This document shows, in pieces, positions 42,912-50,581 of a stretch of 64,000 bases of DNA. Position 1 is the stretch's first letter, and every line of letters begins with the position of its first letter. This DNA is from an uncultured bacterium. GTDB taxonomy: Bacteria > Fidelibacterota > Marinisomatia > Marinisomatales > UBA1611. The translations under genes and the position numbers were made by a program. The stretch is taken from the NCBI GenBank assembly GCA_964586315.1, contig CAZPHE010000002.1, forward strand, positions 31,706 to 95,705, read 5' to 3'. The notes under the pieces are model-generated. The model saw only the letters and a list, made by a program, of their open reading frames with translations. It had not been told where the DNA came from and made no database searches.

Positions 42912-43475
42912 ATGAATCCAACACCAGAACAAATTCAAAAAATTAATCACTTTAGTAAAGTTGATATTCAAGCATGTGAAAAAATTGCATCTGTTGTAGA
43001 AATCAAAGATTGCGGACCAAAGAAACAACTATTAACAGAAGGAGATACCGGTGATACAATGGTATTGGTATTTCAAGGTCAAGTGGAAGTAAGTAAAAAT
43101 ATGATGGTAAAAACATCTAGTGGGTTTACCACATCTAGAAAACCAATCATTAGATTAGAGACTACGGATCCAAAGCCAGATTCAAAACCTATTAGCGAAC
43201 CTACAGTGTTTGTTGTTGAAGCACCAGCATTTGGGATTGGAGAATTTTCACTTGTGTTGGACAATGCTATCCGTACTGCTCATGTACATTCTACTACTAA
43301 CTTAAAATTTGGGATTCTTAGTTTAGACGACTTTACAAATATTGTGAAAGATTATCCAGAGATTGGAGGGTCGGTATATTTTGAAGTTGCAAAATCAGCT
43401 GTAAATAATTTAGCAACTGCAAGCGGTGATATTTCAAATCTAACTCAAGCGTTCTTTTTTGCTCTCACTCATTAG
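42912..43475 (+). CDS. stand-alone cyclic-nucleotide-binding-domain-like protein
   Basis: CAP/CNBD-like pattern 'LLTEGDTGDTMVLVFQGQVEV' followed by 'FGIGEFSLVLDNAIRTAHVHSTT' (compare 'FGE.al....pRtAtv.A'), with an insert between the two blocks. It starts 4 nt after the channel stop. Confidence 0.55.
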   Translation: MNPTPEQIQKINHFSKVDIQACEKIASVVEIKDCGPKKQLLTEGDTGDTMVLVFQGQVEVSKNMMVKTSSGFTTSRKPIIRLETTDPKPDSKPISEPTVFVVEAPAFGIGEFSLVLDNAIRTAHVHSTTNLKFGILSLDDFTNIVKDYPEIGGSVYFEVAKSAVNNLATASGDISNLTQAFFFALTH

Positions 43476-43482
43476 TTATATT

Positions 43483-45732
43483 TTATTTTTGAATTTTGAG
43501 CTTATCCCCAGATTTAGGTTTATTAACAATAATATTTAAATCCCATATTTTAATAGCATGTTGGATAAGGATTACTTCATTATCATGAATAAACTCATCT
43601 GCGTTAGCAATATCAATAAAACAATTGATTAGTGTTATAAGCTGATCAATATTTATTTTTTCAGATTCTTTAATAAATTTTAGTGAATCATCAAATTGTT
43701 TTTGTCGAAGATCTTCACTTTTTAAATTAATAAATTTATTAGTTGCTTGGCCAAAATCTATATTAAAGTTTTCATTAGTGAGGTCTGGAATAAAAATTTT
43801 GTAGCTATCAAAGATAACACTTTTTTCTGATTCGTCTATTTCTTGATCTGCAAAAAATGCAATGCAAAGTAAAGAATAAAGAATATCATTATTTATTGTC
43901 CAACTCTTTTCTGTTTCTTCATCACTATCTCTTGCAGAAATTTTCCTTTGTAATTCTTCCATTCTTTCTTTATCGGCATCATTTAAATAGCCATCTTGTC
44001 GCTGGCGTTTTTGCATAAGTTTATCAACTTCGAGAGTTAAAAACTTTACATCACGTTGTAACGCTTCAAGTCGTTTGTCCATTAAACCAAATAACAACTT
44101 TTTAAATGGTTCTATTTGATCTTTTTCAGGAGCAAAATAAATGTTCAGATTTCCTCGATCTGTGTCCTCCCAAAATGTTGGTCCAAATATTGAAAGTAAA
44201 AAACATTGAGTGTTTGCATTGGCTTTGAATGTTTTCTCATCAAAATAAGCTAGATCATCTAAATAATCTTCAGCAATAGCTTCAGCAAATTCTAAGTTTT
44301 TAACAGATAAGTAAAAGAGGGCTAACCCAATTTGTATTCTACGTGTACCATTGTTGCCACCAAGTATGCCTTTATCTACTCCATCTTTAGAATAGCCAGG
44401 TGGTTTATCTAGCTGTAAAATCATTTGAAGAAGATACAATTGGTCTTCTTTTTCCCATTCCATTTCATGTATTATGACTTGACATTTTCTAAGTTCAAAA
44501 GTTAAAGTGTCTACTATAAAATAAAGGGATGGATTTAATGCTGAATTCTTATATATATCATTAGCATAAAATTTAAATTTATCGTAACAATATTTGGCCA
44601 TGTCTACTCGATTTGATCTTATATACTCTTGGATCATATTTGAATAATGGAATGCAAGATTGTATAAATTTCGTGGTTCATTATTTTTATATGCATGTTT
44701 CATGGCAAATCTGAATAATGTATTAAATCGAATGTTTACATTATCTAATATGGTATCGTTATTACTATCAAGACAAGTCTTGCCTATATCCACAAGTTCT
44801 GCAGGTATTAATGATGCTATATCAAAACGATCATTTTCAATCATTTTTATATATGAATTACCCAAAAGGCGAAAAACTTTTACTTCGTAAAAGGTTTTAT
44901 TATCAGCCATTTCATTATATTGCAGATCAGTATATGTTCTGAATGTTGCATTTTCTCTTATGACTGATGTAAGAGTAAACAATTGATTATTAAAGCGAGG
45001 CTTCTCTTTAATATATAGTTGGATGATTTTACTTATTTGCCTGATAATCTCTGTTTGGGTTTCTTTGAAGTCTGTAAATGCTAAAAGATCATCTAGTTGG
45101 TCTAATGATCCCATAATTTCTTTTTGATATTCTTTTACAACTTCTAAATCATTACTCATTGCAGATTGAATCATAGATTTTCTCATATTATAAATAAAAT
45201 TTTGAATAATTGATGAAATAGTAGCTACAACATTGCTTGTTTTTGAATACAGTAAAATGTAAAAAATATATGGGAGTGTAAATATAGATGCTAAAAATAG
45301 ATAAATATATGTATTTAACACTGAACTGGATACTCTTCCTAGAGGTTCTACGTAAAACATGATAAGTACAGCGTGAAGAGAAGCTAGAATTAGAAACCAA
45401 ACGTAGATTAGGCTTAACCAATCTTTAACAAATAAATCCATTAATTTGGGAGATGATTCTGCTGCGATTGCAATCACGATAATAAGGGTACCTAGTACCA
45501 TCGCAAGAACTCCTCCCCAGATTTCCGGAGCAAAGGTTAAATCAACATCATTCGGATTTGATATGTCGACATTAAAGGTGTTAATTATAAATTCTACTAA
45601 AGATGGGAAGTAGGCATAGAATGCTATATCCGAAATAACCATTAATATAAAAACAATGATGCAGGAAATAATAGTTCTATATTTGAACTGCAGACTATTT
45701 AGCCTAACAAAAGATGCGTAAAATTTATCCAT
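43483..45732 (-). CDS. membrane protein: DUF2254-like N-terminal TM region, large helical middle part, coiled coil and a C-terminal TerB-like domain
   Basis: Four to five N-terminal TM helices with 'AAESSPKLMDLFVKDWLSLIYVWFLILASLH' (DUF2254-like 'SPR..r.f..D'). The C-terminal 140 aa carry 'FFADQEIDESEK...ANADEFIHDNE'. Confidence 0.55.
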   Translation of the reverse strand: MDKFYASFVRLNSLQFKYRTIISCIIVFILMVISDIAFYAYFPSLVEFIINTFNVDISNPNDVDLTFAPEIWGGVLAMVLGTLIIVIAIAAESSPKLMDLFVKDWLSLIYVWFLILASLHAVLIMFYVEPLGRVSSSVLNTYIYLFLASIFTLPYIFYILLYSKTSNVVATISSIIQNFIYNMRKSMIQSAMSNDLEVVKEYQKEIMGSLDQLDDLLAFTDFKETQTEIIRQISKIIQLYIKEKPRFNNQLFTLTSVIRENATFRTYTDLQYNEMADNKTFYEVKVFRLLGNSYIKMIENDRFDIASLIPAELVDIGKTCLDSNNDTILDNVNIRFNTLFRFAMKHAYKNNEPRNLYNLAFHYSNMIQEYIRSNRVDMAKYCYDKFKFYANDIYKNSALNPSLYFIVDTLTFELRKCQVIIHEMEWEKEDQLYLLQMILQLDKPPGYSKDGVDKGILGGNNGTRRIQIGLALFYLSVKNLEFAEAIAEDYLDDLAYFDEKTFKANANTQCFLLSIFGPTFWEDTDRGNLNIYFAPEKDQIEPFKKLLFGLMDKRLEALQRDVKFLTLEVDKLMQKRQRQDGYLNDADKERMEELQRKISARDSDEETEKSWTINNDILYSLLCIAFFADQEIDESEKSVIFDSYKIFIPDLTNENFNIDFGQATNKFINLKSEDLRQKQFDDSLKFIKESEKINIDQLITLINCFIDIANADEFIHDNEVILIQHAIKIWDLNIIVNKPKSGDKLKIQK
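43486..43905 (-). other. TerB-like C-terminal domain of the 749-aa membrane protein (paralogous to the ORF at 46018-46449)
   Basis: Blockwise alignment with the 143-aa ORF: 'F[FL]AD[QG]E[IV]DESEK', 'PD[LV]', 'KFI[ND]L', 'A[NR]AD[ED]FIHDNE', 'I[QE][HQ]A'. Confidence 0.6.
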
Positions 45733-46017
45733 TTCTAATGTTTTATTAAATCCTATGTCGTTTCAGTTTATCAGTTTATTTTAATTATCACTAAATTTAT
45801 AGAATTCAAACCTAAGATTTTAATAGAAAACTAAAGCCATAATATGGATTATATTGGAGCAATATTATATAAAAAAAAACTGAAAGCTAGTTTTGAGAAA
45901 TCTTGACCTTATATCTTACTCATTATAACTTATAATGTTTTATAGCTGTTTTATAAGTTGTGTTTGTACTAAATAGCTAGTAAAAATAATAATCAATAAA
46001 AAATATAAGGTGATATT

Positions 46018-46449
46018 ATGGCAAACTGGAGTCAACACCACGATTTGGTGTATGCTTTTGTGTGTGTATCATTTCTCGCAGATGGGGAAGTAGATGAATC
46101 TGAAAAAGAGGCTATGCGTGGCAATGTCAAGGTTATGTTGCCCGATGTATCTGACGAAGGATACAATGCAATTGAAGCCGAAGTAATTGATAAATTCATT
46201 GATCTTGGAGATGAAGATTCGAGGATGAATCAATATGGTCAGTCTTTGAATGCTCTGAAAGATATGTTTACTTCTGATGATGATCGTTACAAGGTTGTAA
46301 AAAACCTAGCTTACATTGCACGAGCTGATGATTTTATTCATGATAATGAAATGGCGATGATTGAACAGGCAGTGAGTTCCTTGGATATGGTAGGCAAAGT
46401 AAATCTTGTCAAAACAGATTCTACTCTTTTTGTTGATCCTACATTCTAA
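46018..46449 (+). CDS. stand-alone TerB-like domain protein (143 aa)
   Basis: SD 'tAAGGTGAtattATG'. 'SFLADGEVDESEKEAM' is the TerB/DjlA-N-type acidic motif. Visibly higher G+C than its surroundings. Confidence 0.65.
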   Translation: MANWSQHHDLVYAFVCVSFLADGEVDESEKEAMRGNVKVMLPDVSDEGYNAIEAEVIDKFIDLGDEDSRMNQYGQSLNALKDMFTSDDDRYKVVKNLAYIARADDFIHDNEMAMIEQAVSSLDMVGKVNLVKTDSTLFVDPTF

Positions 46450-46530
46450 ATATTAAAAATAAATCTATATCATAATCCAAAGTATTATTTGTTTCGGTTA
46501 GGGTTTGGATTTTAATAGGAAAAGTATATT

Positions 46531-46716
46531 ATGGAAGAACATAGAGGAAAAGGGACATCAAGAAGACAAGATGAAAGACGCTCTGAGCATAGAAGGCAGT
46601 CACATCGAAGGAAAGAAAACGCACAAATTGATGAAGACAGACGTCAAACTCTAGATCAGAGAGCAGGCTATCAGAGAAAATTGAATAGACGCAGTGGTGC
46701 AGAACGAAGACATTAA
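46531..46716 (+). CDS. Arg-rich mini-protein (61 aa) with an (RRxxx) pentad repeat
   Basis: 'SRRQDERRSEHRRQSHRRKE...EDRRQTLDQR...NRRSGAERRH'. Followed by a perfect bidirectional terminator. Coding status is not proven. Confidence 0.45.
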   Translation: MEEHRGKGTSRRQDERRSEHRRQSHRRKENAQIDEDRRQTLDQRAGYQRKLNRRSGAERRH

Positions 46717-46722
46717 ATAAAA

Positions 46723-46755
46723 TTAGAAAGGGCAGTGAGTTTCTGCCCTTTCTAA
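46723..46755. terminator. bidirectional Rho-independent terminator between convergent genes
   Basis: 'TTAGAAAGGGCAG tgagttt CTGCCCTTTCTAA': a perfect 13-bp stem (46723-46735 and 46743-46755) with a 7-nt loop. Confidence 0.8.
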
Positions 46756-46783
46756 CGTATTGTATAATTTAGAGTTTAGATTA

Positions 46784-47452
46784 TTAACAATGAACTCGTT
46801 CCATACCTGTTAAAAAGTTATTTAATGCATCCAATGCAATATCTACAGATTTAAGAATCTCTTTGTGTTTTTCTTTGGAATTATTTAGTTCTTCTAACAA
46901 ACTTCTTACAACTTTTCTATGCCATTTATCTGCATGGATATGTACAGTGAAAAATTTTAGAGCATTTTCATCCCTAATACCATAGAACTTTTTTAAGCCT
47001 TCTTTTTTTGTTTCTGAAATTTCGGGTTGCATAGATTCATAGCAATAAAGAGCGGCGAGACCTATGTGGTATTGTGTTGATTTAGAAAGGTTTGTAAAAG
47101 TTTTAACAAGATCATCAGTTTCTTTCATTGAAATTGTAGTTTTTATTTTATCACGACTATTACCCAAACCTTCAGCGAAGCGCATCCAAAGTTCTGGATG
47201 GTTTTCATCTCCTTTCTCTTCTTCAACTAAATTCTCTAAAAGGATTTGACGAATCCGTATATTATCACAATTTGAATGAATAGCAGATAAATACCTTGGA
47301 AAAGATGATACATGTTTAAAATATTGTGCAGAATATTCTTTAATAGTTTCTTTTGGTAGAGCACCAGAGTTCCAGGCTTGGTAAAATGGGTGTTTTAACA
47401 AATGCTTTTTTTCAATTTTTGCATCTATTTTATCAATAAATGTGATGTTCAT
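46784..47452 (-). CDS. heme-oxygenase-like di-iron protein of the PqqC/CADD/TenA_C family
   Basis: 'HPFYQAWNSGALPKETIKEYSAQYFKHVSSFPRYLS' and 'HIHADKWH' are typical of CADD/PqqC-like proteins. Confidence 0.7.
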   Translation of the reverse strand: MNITFIDKIDAKIEKKHLLKHPFYQAWNSGALPKETIKEYSAQYFKHVSSFPRYLSAIHSNCDNIRIRQILLENLVEEEKGDENHPELWMRFAEGLGNSRDKIKTTISMKETDDLVKTFTNLSKSTQYHIGLAALYCYESMQPEISETKKEGLKKFYGIRDENALKFFTVHIHADKWHRKVVRSLLEELNNSKEKHKEILKSVDIALDALNNFLTGMERVHC

Positions 47453-47525
47453 ATAGTTTCCCTATTCTTATTTATAAAAAATTGTACGAGATATTATAAT
47501 ATTATTCAATAATTTTAAAAGATGA

Positions 47526-48539
47526 TTATTTATCACATGTTGTTTCAATTAATATTGAACAAACTTTATATGGATCCATATTTGCAGATGGTCTTCTATC
47601 TTCAAGATAGCCATATCCATCATTGGCTGTTTGCATTGGGATTCTTATAGAGGCTCCACGGTCACTAATTCCATAACGAAATTCTTTGATACTACAGGTC
47701 TCATGTAATCCGGTAAGTCGCTCTTCATTATGCGCGCCGTAAACAGCAATATGTTCATCGTGTTTTACGGCTAATTTTTTACAAGCTATTTCTATAATTT
47801 TCATCCCACCATTTCCACGCATAGATTTTGTACTAAAGTTTGTATGTGCCCCAGCTCCATTCCAATCCCCTTTAACGGGTTTAGGGTGTAGCGTGGCACT
47901 TATGCCATAATCTTCTGATATTCTATATAAAAGCCAGCGGGACAACCAGATTTGATCTGCTACATCTAATGGTCCTAGTGGTCCAATTTGGTATTCCCAT
48001 TGACCGGGCATCACTTCTGCATTTATGCCTGAAATTTGTAGACCTGCATTTAAGCAAAGTTCTAGATGTTCTTCAACAATATCACGCCCAAATACTTCAT
48101 CGGCACCTACTCCACAATAAAATGGTCCTTGTGGTGCAGGGTATCCACCTTCTGGCCAACCAAGAGGGTTACGTCCTTCAAATAGCGTATATTCTTGTTC
48201 AATTCCAAACCACGGTTCTTGCTCCGAATAGTTTTCTACAACATCTCTCAAATGTGCTCTTGTGTTTGATGCATGTACCGTTCCATTAGGATTCATTACT
48301 TCACACATTACAAGGATATCATCTGCACCTCTGATAGGGTCATGGATTTTATAAACTGGTTTAAGCATACAATCACTATCATTTCCTTTCGCTTGATTGG
48401 TGCTAGATCCATCAAATCCCCACAGTGGAAGCTCCTCTAGTTTGTTTTCTATCACATCTAAGACTTTTGTTTTGGATCTAAGTTTCTGGGTTGGCTCATG
48501 CCCATCCATCCAAATATACTCTGCTCGAATTTTACTCAT
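47526..48539 (-). CDS. glnII: glutamine synthetase type II (eukaryote-like GSII)
   Basis: 'KIRAEYIWMDG' N-terminus, 'GADEVFGRDIVEEH', 'NAEVMPGQWEYQIGP', 'NGAGAHTNFS', 'RRPSANMDPY'. Short (337 aa), GSII-type length. Confidence 0.9.
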   Translation of the reverse strand: MSKIRAEYIWMDGHEPTQKLRSKTKVLDVIENKLEELPLWGFDGSSTNQAKGNDSDCMLKPVYKIHDPIRGADDILVMCEVMNPNGTVHASNTRAHLRDVVENYSEQEPWFGIEQEYTLFEGRNPLGWPEGGYPAPQGPFYCGVGADEVFGRDIVEEHLELCLNAGLQISGINAEVMPGQWEYQIGPLGPLDVADQIWLSRWLLYRISEDYGISATLHPKPVKGDWNGAGAHTNFSTKSMRGNGGMKIIEIACKKLAVKHDEHIAVYGAHNEERLTGLHETCSIKEFRYGISDRGASIRIPMQTANDGYGYLEDRRPSANMDPYKVCSILIETTCDK

Positions 48540-48587
48540 TATTAGTTCCTATTATTAATTACTCAACATTTATAATTATTTAAATAT

Positions 48588-49061
48588 TTATTTTGACTGA
48601 TTATTTCCTGTTGGTATTGGGATTTTAGTCCCATATTTATATGATGAAAGAATAATCTGTGTTTCTGTGCGTACCACGCCTGGCCAGCTTTGAATTTTTC
48701 TTAGCAACTCTTCTAAAGTATTTGAATTTTTTGTATTAACAAGTAAAGTATGAGAACCATTTCCAGTTGTACTAAAACATTGTACAATTTCTGATGTCTC
48801 TTCTGCAGCTAAGGTGACTTCTTTATAATATTGTGAAGAGCCAGAAATAATTGTAATAATCGCTGCTACATCTAAACCAATAGTTGCTGGATTAAGAATG
48901 GCCTGGAAACCTAAAATTATACCGTTATCTTGAAGCTTTCGTATACGCTCGGTGATCGTAGGGACTGAGACGTTTATTTTTTCTGCAATATTGCTTGCAG
49001 ACTCACGACCAAATTTTTGTAAGATTATTAATATTTTTCGATCTAAATCATCAAGTCTCAT
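48588..49061 (-). CDS. Lrp/AsnC-family transcriptional regulator
   Basis: 'MRLDDLDRKILIILQKFGRESASNIAEKINVSVPTITERIRKLQDNGII' HTH followed by a RAM/ACT-like C-domain. I use the ATG at 49061 rather than the TTG at 49076. Confidence 0.85.
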   Translation of the reverse strand: MRLDDLDRKILIILQKFGRESASNIAEKINVSVPTITERIRKLQDNGIILGFQAILNPATIGLDVAAIITIISGSSQYYKEVTLAAEETSEIVQCFSTTGNGSHTLLVNTKNSNTLEELLRKIQSWPGVVRTETQIILSSYKYGTKIPIPTGNNQSK

Positions 49062-49253
49062 AATTACAAGAAACAATAAAATTCATAAATTATTTAGCAA
49101 ATATGATTATAAATATAAAATATTTAAACAAAATTTTTAAATAAATTAACTATTTAAATAAAAAATATTTAATCAGTTCTTTTTTCCCTATTTTTTATTT
49201 TTGTCATAGTTTATATTTTTGAATGTGTATAATAACATTTCATTATTTAAACT

Positions 49254-50552
49254 ATGCATTATATGGGAACCCCAGTTAAACGCGTAGCATTCCATACTTT
49301 AGGATGTAAATTAAATTTTTCAGAAATGTCTACAATATCGCGTGACATTATCGAAAGTGGTTTTAAAAAAGTAAACTATCAAGAAATTGCAGATATTTAT
49401 GTATTAAATACATGTTCAGTTACCGAAAACGCAGATAAAGAAGCAAAAAAACTAATACGCCAAGCTAAACGTAAAAACCCCAAATCAAGCATTGTAGTTA
49501 TTGGATGTTATGCTCAATTGAAACCAGCTGAGATTGCTGCAATAGATGGTGTGGATATGGTGCTTGGATCTGATGAAAAATTTAATATTTTAGATTATCT
49601 AAATCAGATTGATTTAAAAAATGATACTAAAATAATTGAATCAAATAAGGATAATCTGCAGACTTTCACTCCATCTTTTTCATTAGAAGAAAGAACACGT
49701 TCATATTTGAAAATACAGGATGGTTGTGATTATACTTGTTCATTCTGCACGATACCATTGGCAAGAGGTAAAAGCAGAAGTCAAAATATAGAACATACTA
49801 TTAAAATAGCTAAACAAATTTCTATTGCCGGGAAAAAAGAAATTGTTCTTTCTGGCGTTAATATTGGAGATTTTGGAAAAGGATCAGAAGAAAGTTTTTT
49901 GGATTTAATTTGTGAATTAGATAAACTTGAAAAAATTAAACGTATTCGGATTTCATCGATAGAGCCTAATTTACTTACGGATGAAATTATCGAGTTTTGT
50001 TTTAAATCTAAAAAATTTGTTCCCCATTTTCATGTTCCTCTTCAATCTGGATCAAATAAAATTTTAAAATCCATGCGCAGGAGGTATAATTGTGAGCTCT
50101 ATGAAAATAGAATAGCAAAAATTAAATCAATTAATTCTGATATTTGCATAGGAGTTGATGTAATTGTTGGTTTTCCAGGTGAATCTGATGATGACTTTCT
50201 AGATACCTATAATTTTCTGAATCGCTTAGATATTTCATATCTACACGTCTTTTCTTATTCAGAAAGGTCAAACACTAATGCCATAGAATTTCCTGACAAA
50301 GTATCTATTCAGGTGCGAAAAGTCCGTAGTAAAATGCTACATATACTATCAGAAAAAAAACGACTATTTTTTCAAAGTCAATTTATAAATACAAAACGGG
50401 AAGTTTTATTTGAATATAAAAAAAATGATAGATGGATTGGATATACGGATAATTATATTAAAGTTGAAGTTAACTCAGAAAAGAATCTTATTAATAAAAT
50501 CTGTTTTGTAACTCTAATAAAAAATCAAGGTACAGTTTTAGGGAAAGTTTGA
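49254..50552 (+). CDS. mtaB: radical-SAM methylthiotransferase, MtaB-like (tRNA ms2t6A)
   Basis: UPF0004 N-domain 'HTLGCKLNFSE' and radical-SAM cluster 'CDYTCSFCTIP' (CxxxCxxC), with a C-terminal TRAM-like region. The start could be 49254 or 49263. Confidence 0.8.
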   Translation: MHYMGTPVKRVAFHTLGCKLNFSEMSTISRDIIESGFKKVNYQEIADIYVLNTCSVTENADKEAKKLIRQAKRKNPKSSIVVIGCYAQLKPAEIAAIDGVDMVLGSDEKFNILDYLNQIDLKNDTKIIESNKDNLQTFTPSFSLEERTRSYLKIQDGCDYTCSFCTIPLARGKSRSQNIEHTIKIAKQISIAGKKEIVLSGVNIGDFGKGSEESFLDLICELDKLEKIKRIRISSIEPNLLTDEIIEFCFKSKKFVPHFHVPLQSGSNKILKSMRRRYNCELYENRIAKIKSINSDICIGVDVIVGFPGESDDDFLDTYNFLNRLDISYLHVFSYSERSNTNAIEFPDKVSIQVRKVRSKMLHILSEKKRLFFQSQFINTKREVLFEYKKNDRWIGYTDNYIKVEVNSEKNLINKICFVTLIKNQGTVLGKV

Positions 50553-50581
50553 ATGTGTTTAGGTTTTAAAATTGATTTGAA

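Noticed and set aside
47969-48289. A 106-aa plus-strand ORF inside glnII.
   Set aside because: It lies opposite a well-conserved GSII frame and its translation is repetitive and rich in V, L and Q. This is a shadow ORF.
49200-49253. A TATAAT box at 49228-49233 upstream of mtaB as a candidate promoter.
   Set aside because: No properly spaced -35 element is present, and the box is only about 20 nt from the start codon. AT-rich spacers contain many TATAAT-like hexamers, so I do not report it as a feature.
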